A DNA stretch of 62,014 nt, counting the filler. It is 12 parts of 12 records of this genome, joined end to end, with 100 filler letters (N's around TTAATTAATTAA, not from the genome) between each part and the next. Parts side by side here need not be neighbours in the genome. Positions count along the whole stretch, not along the records: positions 12,620 to 19,849 come from SRR7504441_23563; positions 19,950 to 24,028 come from SRR7504441_23570; 10 more parts are not named here. One strand, 5' to 3'. Both the position numbers and the translations under genes were made by a program. The notes under the pieces are model-generated. The model did no database searches. It had not been told where the DNA came from and was given only the letters and a program-made list of their open reading frames with translations. Shown here one piece after another: positions 12,520-24,128 of the stretch. The first letter of the stretch is position 1. Every line of letters starts with the position of its first letter.

Positions 12520-12619
12520 NNNNNNNNNNNNNNNNNNNNNNNNNNNNNNNNNNNNNNNNNNNNTTAATTAATTAANNNNNNNNNNNNNNNNNNNNNNNNN
12601 NNNNNNNNNNNNNNNNNNN
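12520..12619. other. Artificial contig linker
   Basis: N44-TTAATTAATTAA-N44. Confidence 0.98.
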
Positions 12620-13390
12620 CCACAGTCGGATTTACATCGGCTACGTAGGTGGGTGGCCCGTCTGGGTGCATTGGCCCATGACAACAGTTGACGCGGCTGG
12701 CGGCGTTCTGGACCAGCCCTGCTCGAGTCTGACAAGAGTGCCAACAGGGGTGTCGAATTGGCATTTTGCTCTCACTTGCCAACCACTGGCCGTGCCTTAT
12801 TATGCAGTCAAAATATGCTCATCAGTGATATTGAGTACACTTGAGGGCCCTTAGCTCCAGTGCACAAATTGTCGTACGGCTTCATACTGGCGTGACTCGT
12901 TACTTCAGGTGGTAACTCAATACAATCGTAACTGTAGTGTCTGTCGTCTTCGTTACCACATTCGGCACTGACCTCGAAAGCCTGAAGGCCAGTGTTACAA
13001 CGTTGTCCCACAAAGTGATCTTTCAAAAGGTCGATCCCACTTTTGAGCGGTTTGCGCCACACCAGCAGTCTTTCAGTCGCTCGTAGCCTAAGCTGTCAGC
13101 GCATTTCCCACCCGTGGCTGCAAATCAAGGTTAAGGATCAGTCCGGCCGAGAATGGCTTGTCTACCTTTGCATTGCTCATTATTACATCATCTTCAGCTC
13201 CTCCACCAGCCCAGGCTCCTCCTCAGAGCTGTCTGACCCACTGTCCTGCAGCCCATCCTCTGGGTACAGGTCACTGACTGCATCCAACACAGCCCTGGCC
13301 AGCGGGCCTCCCGGCTGCCGACTATGCAGTCTAACTGCAGTCCGAGCAAAGCAACGAGGCTACTGTAGGCGCATCGCGTGCGCATGCGCA
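12620..13390 (-). CDS. Possible hypothetical gene, 3'-truncated
   Basis: Coding-like acidic segment (LYPEDGLQDSGSDSSEEEPG) plus ORF 12808-13062, divergent from cyclophilin. No family recognised. Confidence 0.25.
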
Positions 13391-13439
13391 TGCCGTTGTC
13401 CGCCAATAACGTCAAATCGGCCAAGCCCGCGCCGCCGCT

Positions 13440-14228
13440 ATGGGTTTTCTCAGCTCTGTGCTCGGGGCCGGCGGCGAGGCCGGCCCTGCACCCAAGCCGG
13501 ACCCGGCACAGGACGAGCGCTACAACCCGCCGCTCGGGGCCCTCGGCCCAGCCAACACCAAGGCACCTTGCGGGGCCGGCGGCGGTTTGAGTGGCGCCCC
13601 AGGTGTTCTTCGACATGACGGTGGGCGGGGCCCCGTGCGGCCGGATCACGATCGAGCTGCGGGAGGACGTGGCGCCCAAGACCTGCGAGAACTTCAAGGC
13701 GCTCTGGTGCCCGCCGGCCGGCCCGTCCTGGGCTTAGCTCTCCGGCAGCACCGGAGAGAAAGGCTTTGGGTACAAGGGGTCGCCGTTCCATAGAGTGATC
13801 CCGCAGTTCATGTGCCAGGGCGGCGACTTCACCGCCCAGAACGGGACCGGTGGCTGGGCTGGCTGGCTCGGCTGACGGGCCGCAGGCGGCAAGTCAATTT
13901 TCGGGGAGAAGTTTGAAGATGAGAATTTCCACCTGCAGCATCTGGGGCCCGGGGTGCTGTCGATGGCCAACGCGGGGCCCAACACCAACGGATCCCAGTT
14001 CTTCATCTGCACTGTGCGCACCTCGCACCTTGACGGCAAGCACGTGGTTTTTGGACAGGCGCGGCGCGAGTGCGGCTTTGGGTGAAGGGATGCTGGCAGG
14101 TAGTGGACGGCTTCTCTGTGGTCAAGGCGATCGAGAGCGTTGGTAGCTCCGGAGGGAAGACGAGCATGCCGGTGGTGGTCGCCGACTGCGGTGTGGTGAC
14201 AAAGGACTCAAACGACGATGAAGTTTAG
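13440..14228 (+). CDS. Cyclophilin-type peptidyl-prolyl cis-trans isomerase (4 introns)
   Basis: Introns 13563-13602 (GC-AG), 13707-13748, 13850-13885 and 14059-14099 (GC-AG) restore [45 protein letters not shown] and [18 protein letters not shown]...[11 protein letters not shown]. Confidence 0.97.
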
Positions 14229-14382
14229 GCCATCGATCGATAGCTCGCCAATTGGACTAATGTTACTCCGTCCATGCGAATAAGTGTACGTAGACATAAA
14301 CCTAATATGTTGCCGGAGCCGCACTCAATTTTTTTTTTATTGATGCATCATTGTACGTGGTTGTTGTCGTAAGCGCTTCGAG

Positions 14383-15628
14383 TTATGAACTATTCGTGCA
14401 TGCACCCTCTCGGATTGCAGGCTCGAGCACCACCTCACCTGGCCCTAGCTCAGCCCCACTTCCTCGGATGCGCACCGATATGCATCGCGAGTTGATCCTC
14501 CGCGCTGTAAAACCCCGTGTCATACTGCCTCCCGTCCCAAAACAGCTGATCCAGCACCTCGACAGTCATCCCAGCCTCCTCATACACGGGGTTCTGGTAG
14601 ATCTCCTGCACCCGGTTGATCGCCACCGCCGAGGCTGAAGCCCTAGAGGGACATGCCCCCAGCGCGCTCTGTGCAAGCGGTCAGCTGCTGGCCCACTGCC
14701 GGTAGAGGACCTTAAAGCTCTCGGGGCATTTTCCGTTGATGATCATCTGCATCCCAGATGCCTCGAGCGTGTTGGGATGAGCGATCCCCTGCAGCCGGCT
14801 CAGCGTGCACACTGGCTGCTGGTACCTTTTCGCCGCATTCTCGGCATATTACTTCTACCATGTCCTTCACGTCCTCCCTGTCCGCACTCCAACCCGGTGC
14901 CTGCGCCCGGGTACCGGCGGTAGACAGTGGAGGATAGGTCCCACGGATAGTTCCACTCTAGCGCCGCCTGCCCCACCGACTAGCACACCATGGGCGGCGC
15001 CCGGCGGACCATCAGCCTGATCCAGGTCACACTGTGGTCGGCTACCGGCATCAGCGCGGCCGGCGGGGTGGATGGCTTGCCCTGGCCTCGGGTGAGCCAG
15101 CCCCGGGCAGCGTGCCGGCCTGCGGGTGGCAGAACTGTAGGCGCGGGTGCAGCATCAGATGGTACGACACCACCTGCTCGTTCGCGAGCACCGCGGACAC
15201 ATCGCTGCCCGCCCATCATGCCCAGCTTCGTGCGGCAGGTCGCCTCAGCTGGACGTGGCGGTAGTACAGGCTGTCGTCGCAGCAGAGCATCACCATCTCG
15301 TCGGCCCGCTCGAGCAGCCCCCGCAGCTGGTCCCCAAAGCTCTGCTCCCGGTGGAAGCTCACCCCTGGGAACTGCGCCTGCCGCCTAGACTCGGCCCGCC
15401 GACCCCTCTCGGCCCGCCTGTATCTGAGCGTACGACCGCTCGAACTCGGGCCGGACCGTGTAGAGGACGTGTACCGACAGCCGGCCGAGCACGAACCTGT
15501 GGAGCGTGCGGAGGCATTCCCGGAGCTGCGACCGGGTGGGCGGTGCCCGTGGTGCCCGGCCGCACCTGGAACGACCGGTCCTTGGAGAAGCAGATCACCG
15601 TCAGCTGCACCTCAGCTGCGGCGGCCAT
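14383..15628 (-). CDS. Putative GT-A fold glycosyltransferase (FSKDR...DD type), multi-exon
   Basis: Spliced product VICFSKDRSFQLRECLRTL...VHVLY...VMLCCDDSLYY...PNTLE...MHIGEVVL resembles GT2-like proteins. Confidence 0.55.
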
Positions 15629-15700
15629 AACCTCCCACCCCCGCGCAAGGGCCAGGTAACTCCGGAGTAACGGAATTTGTGAGGCCCCCGGACGACAGGC

Positions 15701-17460
15701 ATGTCGGTGGCACCGCTTGAGCTCAACAGGATGCTGGTCCGGTACCTGGACGAGGGGCAGTTCGAGCGGGCGGCCGCGCTGTGCGACGAGCCGGAGGCTG
15801 AGGTGCTGGCCGGGGCGGACCAGTGGCAGATGACCGGCAGCCAGCCCGCAGCCGCCCGACCGTGAGCCGGTGGGCAGCGCTGCACCACGCCTGCGAAACG
15901 AGCGAGCGGGTGGCGCTCAAGCTGCTCGGTATGGACGGGGTCGAGCAGCTGGTCAATCGGTGCGATCTGGACGGCCGCACCCCCCTCCACTGCGCGTGCG
16001 ATGCCGGCTTCCAGGATGCGGCGGCAGCGTTGCTGGCCGGTGGGGCTCGGCCTGATGTGAGGAACGGACTGGGGTGCGCTGATGGGCTGGTCAGGCGGTG
16101 GACGACCAGGAGGGCCAGACGCCGCTCCACTGCGCGGTGCTCGGGCGATATCCTGAGCTGGTGGTGGAGCTGTGCCACTGGTCGGCGCCACTTTTGCTTA
16201 GGGTGCTGATGGATCTGGTCGCAGGAAAGTGCCTGTTGCAATTTGTGACAACATGGGGCGATCCGCAGCGCACTGGTGCGAGTTGTTTTCTAGGCCGCAC
16301 GGCTGAGACACTTTGGGTGTGTGCAGGGCCGTTGCGCAGGGAGATGAGCAGACCGCAGACAGGCTCCTGGATCTGATGGACCAGCACGATGTGCACTCTC
16401 CAGACCAGCAGGGTTACACGCTGGTCATGCTTGCGGTTGAGCAGGGACTAGAGGGACTGGCCTGCCGGTGAGCAAGAGGGTCACGGGCAGGGGCTGGCTC
16501 ATTGGCGGAGCAGGCTACTGGAACTGGGAGCAATACCTACTCAAAGCCTTCCGTCTGGGGACACTCTTTTAGCATTTGCGTGCCGTTCTGCGCACTATGG
16601 CCTCGTTAGTAAGGTGTGTGGCTCACAGCTGCTAATGACCGCGCCCGTTAGCTGCTCCCCCATTATGCCCTGGATATCCTGGAGCAAACGCGAACAAGAG
16701 ATGGCCGCACTGTAGCGCATGACACAGCATCTGGGGGATCGGTTGCCCTTATGGTATTTTGCTATGGTTGATTCACTGTGGCAGTTTGAGATTTCTCAAT
16801 TGCTCATGGATGTGGGCGTGGATTTTAATCGAAAGGATGACAGGGGAATGACACCATTGCACTTGGCAGCTATAGGCGGTCATGGCCAGCTGGCCAGCGG
16901 AATCATTGCACATGGTGTTGAGCTCGAGGCAACTAGCACCGATCAGAAACGACAAAGGACAGCGTTGCATTATGCAGCCTGGTATGGGCGAGATAGATTG
17001 TGTTGCAGCCTGGTTGCGGCTAAGGCGGACCTTGCTAGATTCGACGGAGGAGGTGGCCAATTTACCCTCGTAGCCGCTTATCAGTGATGGTAGGTCTACC
17101 TGCACTGCATCTCGCAGCGCGAAATGGTCACCTGGCCGCCGTGGTTGCCATGCGGACCGCCTACTACGATTTGACCAGTTCTGAGGTGAACACATAAAAC
17201 TCCTGCCCATGAGCTAGTGACACCTCCTTCAGGCTTCCCTTGATCAGCAGGATGGTAGTGGTTCAACTATGCTTCATCACGCATGCAGTCACGGCCGAGA
17301 AAAAATGGCTGCTTGGCTGCTCACAAATGGTGCAAGTCCCCACATCAAGAGCTCCAATAATCAGACAGCGTCCCAGTTAGCACTCGAAACCGGTCACGGT
17401 GAATTGTGGCAAGGCTTGTCAAACATGGGGTTGACTCAAATGCACGTAAAAGGCCCTTGA
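15701..17460 (+). CDS. Ankyrin-repeat protein, multi-exon
   Basis: Repeats DLDGRTPLHCAC, DQEGQTPLHCAV, DDRGMTPLHLAA, RTALHYAA and STMLHHAC. Confidence 0.85.
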
Positions 17461-17614
17461 AACGCTGGTCGGTTGAGACTTCAGCTACACTTTGTAGTAC
17501 ACATTATATACATATAAGTAGTACTAGAACAGATAGAGACAATGTAGAGACAATACATCTGATGTATTAATTTTATTGATAGAATAATTAAGTCTGATGT
17601 TAGAGCTCTACACA

Positions 17615-19849
17615 TTACCACAACGGCGTCATCAAGTCGGTGACAATCGATTTTTCACTAGCTGCGCGCTTTAACGCTTTCTGCCTATCGGAGCTATGGT
17701 TTTGGCTTCGATCGCGCATCTCGCGCTCGTGTTGTGCCACTGTTTGCTCTATCAAGTCGCTCCCATCGTGGTCTGTGTCTGGTTCGGTGGGAGTTGCAGC
17801 CACATGCTCGTGTGCCTTGGAAGTACAGCTCACATATTTGAGAATGCACCAGACATCCGCCATGATACAGCTAATCATGTGCTTAGGCTTCGCGGCAAAC
17901 GGACATTGCTGTCCTCTAAATCTGCTCAAGGGGTGGTGTTCACTGAGCGGTACCTGCATACGATCATCATGAGAGGTGGCCGTCAAAGCTCAAACACACC
18001 TCAGGATCCAGGTCATCCACGCGAAGATACTTGGCCAAATTCGCCGAATCGCTCTCGAGCTTCCTCTGAGCTTCCAGCAACTGTTCTGAAGCCTTTGTAT
18101 ATCGCTTCAGCCCACCAGCCACCTGTTATGATCAGGTTACACCTGCGACACCCTGATGCTAGACAGACCGCCTGTGGAAACATGTCTTCAACGAGCGAAG
18201 CGGTTGCAAAGGGAACAACCTAACAAAATCAAAGCGTCAGTCACATGTCCAGACTGGGTTGTACATTGTCTGCGGCTGTGATCACGTGGTTCGCCTCATC
18301 GAGGATCGTGTCAATGCTTGACTGGACGCGCCACACCTACCAAACCCCAATACCATGGGCCGTATGGATGTCAGCACCTCGATATGGGAGACTGACTCAA
18401 TGTCTGTAATCAGCTGGTCAACTTTCTTGTCAAAATTGGGTTTGTCATCAGCCCAGCTTTTGCAGAGCCGTAAGATGATATGCACTGTCGCGCTGATGAA
18501 CTGTCGATGCTCCGTCTTGAAATTGTCGTCGGTGTAGTAGTCTACCATCGCTTTGAAGCCAGGGTATCCGCTTGTCATCAGCAAGCCGAAGGCTTCAATT
18601 GGTTGAGCTTGTCGAGACAGAATTGTAGATTTAAACATCTCAGCTGGGGTGCTCGATCTGGGCCAGTGGTTGACAAAGTTACCAAATGCGACCGTAGTGG
18701 TTAGAATCTCGGCAAGAATAGGACTTTTGATTATGCTGCAGCATGTTGTCCCAAGCTGCGATAGGAAGGTGAGCAACTTGGCCGCGTGCCCCTCATATCG
18801 TGGGAGCTGGTTGAGCGCCCGAAACGCCTTGATGCGTAGATCATAACTTGGGATCTCACGGAATACCAAAAGATACCGCTCAATCAAGGGAGGGTACGGT
18901 CGAAGCTTATCATAAGATTCAATCGAAAAATCGGATGGCCAGCGTTCCAAGGATTCAAAGTCGTCGTATTGAATCGTGCCCTTGTCAACCTTCATTGGAT
19001 GCAGGTTTTCTGCCCCGGCGGTCAGACCCGGCGGCGGCCGGTCGGTGTCGCACCGTACATGTCAATCAGACGCATCGATTGGATGATGTCTGCATCTGCC
19101 CTCGCCAGCTTATCTCTGAGATAAATGCAAAACGAATCCTCCGGACTCATCTGCGGGTTGGTTCTGAGGATCCAGCTCGAGACTTCATCCACGTCGGCAG
19201 TTCCACGGTGTTTCTGGTCGATAGCCTTGATCGTGGCCACGGCTTCCTTAATATCCATGCCACCTATTGCAATATCTGGATGCGCACACAACTTCACCAT
19301 GCCATCGGCCCCAAGCTCGCCATTCGAAGCACATGCGTTGAACACTGCCAGCACAGTTTCGCGGCGGGACTCAAAGCTGGGCATTTTGACAAGCCGATGG
19401 AATAGAGTGATGATCATTTCCAATGAATGCTGGCGGTGCGCGTTCAATACGGAGTCAAACTCCATCGAGGTAGGTGCCTGTGTTGTCGAGGAGGGCAACT
19501 TGTCGCCTGGCACTTGTTGTGCTTCTGTCCGCTGAGCGTCTAGTTCTAGAAGATCAAGGAGCTGTGTATCAGATGCCATTGCATCATACACATCCAGCGT
19601 GTATTGTTCACCGCACCTGTTCCACGCGTCCTGCTGGTCACTTGGTAGGTACGTCTGGAAGTCTTTCCCCCAGATTCCGACTGTCGTAATCTCCCCAGTC
19701 AGAGGCACCTGAGTTGTGAGCAGCTGAAACGGGTGCATCCTCCGTCCAGAAGGCCATCGTATTAGACTGCCTGCAGATCCCTTCCCCTTACCGCGGGCAG
19801 GCGGACCGGCTCCTCGGCATGGAGGCCCGCCTTTGCCTTTGCCTTTGCC
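17615..19849 (-). CDS. Divergent formin (FH1-like Gly/Lys/Pro stretch + FH2) with EF-hand-like insertion, 5'-truncated
   Basis: GKGKGKGGPP, lasso-like GIWG, VLNAHRQHSLEMII, ERYLLVFREIPSYDLRIKA and SIIKSPILAEILTTTVAFGNFVN (FH2 GNxMN-like motif). Confidence 0.65.
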
Positions 19850-19949
19850 NNNNNNNNNNNNNNNNNNNNNNNNNNNNNNNNNNNNNNNNNNNNTTAATTA
19901 ATTAANNNNNNNNNNNNNNNNNNNNNNNNNNNNNNNNNNNNNNNNNNNN
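19850..19949. other. Artificial contig linker
   Basis: N44-TTAATTAATTAA-N44. Confidence 0.98.
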
Positions 19950-20167
19950 CTGGAATGATCGACTGAATCATGCGCCTACTGCTTTCAACGGAGACGATTG
20001 GGCGCTCAAGTCGCAGAAGCATCGGTTTATCACGATTGATCTAAAGAGAGAGGAACTCAATAACCCGAACCATTTCACGATCAGCAAATCGACTTGACGT
20101 GAATAAAACGAATAAAATGGCTCGATCGTACGAGTACCCTACATGCATTTCATGTATTTGTATCGAT

Positions 20168-21039
20168 CTAAAGCGCCGAGTTCATGTGCGCGCCATCCAC
20201 GACTATGACAGTGCCCGACATATAGCTACTAGCATCCGAGCACAACAGTAGCAAGGCTCCGTCGAGCTCGTGCAGCTGTCCCAGCCGCCGGAACGGTATC
20301 CTCTTGAGCATCGCTTTACCCACAGGATTCTCCTTGCCGTCCACTCGATCAAACATAACTCGGTTGATGTCGGTGTGGAAGTAGCCCGGCGCGATCGCAT
20401 TGACGCGGATCCGTGACTTGGCCCACTCGAGAGAGAGTTGGCGGGTGAGGTGGTGGATGGCCGCCTTACTGCTCGTGTACTCTGGAGAAAAATGGTCCAC
20501 GCGGAGCCCCAGGATCGAGCCCACATTGATCTGACTCCCGCCAGGCGGGCTCTGGGCCATCATCACTTTGGCTACCGCCTGCGACAGCAGCCAGGGCCCC
20601 TTTAGGTTGACGGCGAGCACCGCGTCCCAGTCCTGCTCTGTGTGATCTAGAGCCGGAGACGGCGGGCCTGCCGCGCCCGCATTGTTCACTAGAACATCTA
20701 TCCGACCCCATTTAAGCACGGCAGCCTGTCCGGCACTCGGCTGAGCCGGTGGAGCTGGCACCTGCACGAAATGTTGGATCGAACTGAGCTGCGTCACGTC
20801 GAGCGGCACGGCCAGCAGCGCCAGTCCGCTGCCCTCGCCCTCCACCAGCGCCGCGAGCTGGGCCCGACGGGTCAGCGCGCCGAATCGGCGGGGGTCGCCT
20901 TATCGGCACGGCGGGCTCCGACCAGCACGCGGGCCCCGCGCCGGGCCAGAGTGAGCGCGAAGTGACGGCCGATTCCGGAGGAGGCGCCAGTCACCAGGAT
21001 TACCTTGCCTTCCACCGAGAATGGATCAGGCTGCGACAT
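20168..21039 (-). CDS. Classical short-chain dehydrogenase/reductase (2 introns)
   Basis: TGASSGIG, DVLVNNAG, YTSSK (YxxxK) and RVNAIAPG. One 41-nt GC-AG intron and one 36-nt GT-AG intron. Confidence 0.93.
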
Positions 21040-21462
21040 TGCAGAGCGAGTTGCCGGAGCCGGTGATCTCCGGTGTTTAACGGCATGCTCGGCAACGGTG
21101 CATAGGGCCATCGTTTCGCACACGCTGCACACAAGGTGCTTCGGCCTGCCTCTCATCCAGATCTTGTTCCCTGTCAATCTGTGCACCCTGTGCCCGCACC
21201 TGGTTGCCGCTTCCTGTGGCCTATGCTCACTGTTGGCGTTGATATCTATCTCCTCGATATCAGCCGCTCTGCATTCGCTGTGTTCGCTCTGTGCTGAGCT
21301 CGATCAGAGCATGCCCGTGGTCCCCATCTTGCGTCTCTTGATCACGGTGTTGCTGTCTTTAGGCTCGATACTGTACATCCTATGTCTTTTCTTGGAAACC
21401 GTGGCAGAGGCGTGCTCAAGCGCAGAAAGGAAGTAGCGGGAGTCGATAAGAATAGCTTCCCG

Positions 21463-22045
21463 ATGCGGCTATGTGGTGAGTGCATTCAATGGCTCACTCA
21501 AGCATGCACTTTGCTCATTGAATGTGCTGTGGACCAGGCCCGTCGACCGAGCAAGGGCTCATGAATGTGTACTTTGACTGGCATGAGTGGTCCTTTGAGG
21601 AGGATAACACTCTGGGCGATATGGTGGCTGCATTGATGCTCCAGCAGTCTGAGCTCAGTGGGATGACGGACGAGCAGCTCGAACAGTGGCTAGGCGAGAT
21701 CACGGGATACAGCATCCTTGACCCACGCGGGCCCCGGGCAGCTAGGGTGCGTCAGCTCTCACTATTCAGACTGGCCACTTGTGTCACTTGTTACACAACT
21801 TGTCCACTGAGTGTGTGTGTTTGTTCCAGACTGAAGGTCTCCAGGGTGCCCTGCACAAGACAGTGCAGCAGCTGCGGGAACCGGCTGTGGTGAAACGCAG
21901 CGAGTTTGGGCCTGGGGAAGACCCTGTGCTGCGTGTTGAGGTCCACACGGCCCAAGAGTTGGCCGGATGGACCACACCTTCTGCGGCTGACTATAACACC
22001 CAGCAGAATGAGGAAAAGGAAGCGTGCGGCTGTGCCATCTCGTAG
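21463..22045 (+). CDS. Small hypothetical protein ending in a CaaX motif (CGCAIS*)
   Basis: ORF pieces 21522-21893 and 21779-22045 can be joined by introns. The C-terminus is EEKEACGCAIS. Confidence 0.45.
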
Positions 22046-22347
22046 AACATAATGCGGAACTGGAACGGGAATTGTTCGGTCTGGAACTAGAACTGGGTCC
22101 AGGGTCATTGGTCGATTACGTTCGGTCGATCAATAACCGGTCGATCAACAAGTGCTACAATATATGGTACACATCATTTTAACGAGGAATGGGATTGAGC
22201 ATGCATGTTGAGCCGTAATAGAACTACATATCATGGTAAGGTACAATCAGAGCGTCTTAGCTTGGAACCGATTAATATTATGATGAGCCGGTTGAAGATA
22301 CGTACAGCCATGCACAACTCAAACCATCCATTCTTGTATCAATCAAC

Positions 22348-24028
22348 CTACTCGTCGTCGTCGTCGTCGTCCTTCTTCTTCTTCTTCTTCTTCTCGGATT
22401 TGTCCTTCTTCTCCTTCTTCTCAGACTTGTCCTTCTTCTTCTTTTTCTTCTCGCTAGCCTCCTCGGGCTCATCCTCGTCCTCAGCCTTGCGCTTCTTTGT
22501 CTTCTCCACCGGCGTGGCCACAGCAGCCTCGGCCACCGCGGTGTCGTCGACCTCCATCTCTGCCTTGCTTGGATCCTGGTCCGAATGCATCTTGGCGTAA
22601 TCAGCTGGGGTGCTCTCTGTCAGCTTTCCGTGCTTGGTCAGCTTGCCTTCTGCTATCAACTTCTTCTTCTGCTGCGCCATCGGCCCGAGCCCCCACTTCC
22701 GCGGGTAAGTATCCCTTTCCATGATACACCGCTTAATCTTTGCGACTACGCCGTGATCGACTGTGGCCATCACAGCGGTCGGCATTTCAGCAATGCCAAG
22801 CGCAATGGCCTCTCCCTTGGTGGTCATCAGCACCACCTCCTCATTCGCTTCGATATCTGAAGCGAAACGGAGCAGCCCGGGGATCATCAGTTTGGCGCCG
22901 TAGCAGATTGCGTTCACAGCACTGTCCTTGACTACGATTCGCTTATACGTGGTGAGCAGAGACTCGAGAGGTTTGATCACTCGCCGGAGGTAGCTCTCGT
23001 CCTTGTCGTTCTCGTACACGTACTGGGCGTCTAGAATGTCGTGCATGGTCACCATGTTGTCCTGCTCTCCATTGATTCCCGAGCGACACCGCCTGCCATG
23101 CACAGTTGGCCCGCCGCGACCCGTTGCGCGCACCGGAGCTCTTGCATGTGTCCGCCCACGCCGAGCAGCAGCCCGAGGTGAGTGCACAGGGTCCGGATGT
23201 AGGTGCCGGCCTCGCACTTGACGTGGAACACTGCGAGGTTGCGCTCCTTGTCGAACTCAAGAAGCTTCGAATCGTACACTGTCCGCACCTGCACTCGGGC
23301 TCAGCCGACACCGAGGCCCGCCGGACCCGCAGCTGGCGCTTGACTGCCGAGATGAGTGGCGGCCGCTGAAAGAGGGCTCCGGTGAGCTGTTCGATAGCTG
23401 ATTTGAGCTTCTGCGAACTGGACACGGTGTCGTGAAGCCGCAGCACTGAGATGTATTCCTTGCCTGCCCGACATTAGCGGCTGACCCCCCGCCGGACACA
23501 CCGGCGCCCTGCTGCGATTTGACCAGCCGAGTGGCCCGCTCGACGCAGACGATCAGACAACCGGTCACCTACTCCGCGAGTGAGCCGGCTGGGCCGGCGA
23601 GTCCCGGTGCCTTCGGGTCGAGCGTGCCGCTGTGGCCGGTCTTCTCGACCTTGAGGATCCGACGGATCCAAGCCACCACCTCGTGCGAGGACGGATTGGC
23701 CGGCTTGTCCAGGTTGATCACGCCCGACCTGCCGCCCGCTCTGGCCGGCCCCCTCGCCCGCCGGGCACCGGACGTAGTCGTACAGTGATCGCTTGAGCGG
23801 GGAGCAGCCCGCGTTAATCGGCGTGTAGTGCCCGGTCCGGACGTTGAGCTTGTCGTAGTTCTGTCCAGGCGGCTCGGCCGGGTGGCGGGAGCCGGGGCCC
23901 TGCCTTGAGCAAGAGCGGCCACTTGGAGGTATCCAGAGTTGGGGTGGTCTTCTCAGGTTCGATCTGGAAGTCCTCCGTGAGCTGGGCCTCCCCCACATCC
24001 TTCTTCTTCTCCTTCTTCTTCTTCTTCT
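22348..24028 (-). CDS. DKC1: H/ACA RNP pseudouridine synthase dyskerin/Cbf5, 5'-truncated, 6 introns
   Basis: [63 protein letters not shown], a PUA domain and a KKE/D-rich tail. Confidence 0.98.
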
Positions 24029-24128
24029 NNNNNNNNNNNNNNNNNNNNNNNNNNNNNNNNNNNNNNNNNNNNTTAATTAATTAANNNNNNNNNNNNNNNN
24101 NNNNNNNNNNNNNNNNNNNNNNNNNNNN
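24029..24128. other. Artificial contig linker
   Basis: N44-TTAATTAATTAA-N44. Confidence 0.98.

Noticed and set aside
22349-22452. (CTT)n/(TCG)n microsatellite-like tract
   Set aside because: It encodes the ordinary Lys/Glu/Asp-rich dyskerin tail.
13563-23903. Introner-like mobile introns, given the uniform intron size
   Set aside because: The introns I compared share no evident sequence beyond splice and branch signals, and I saw no terminal repeats. A genome-wide all-vs-all comparison would be needed to exclude this fully.
7644-24028. Frameshifts and in-frame stops suggesting pseudogenes, stop-codon reassignment or programmed frameshifting
   Set aside because: All the interruptions I examined are resolved by 36-56-nt GT/GC-AG introns. 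TAA, TAG and TGA all serve as terminal stops.
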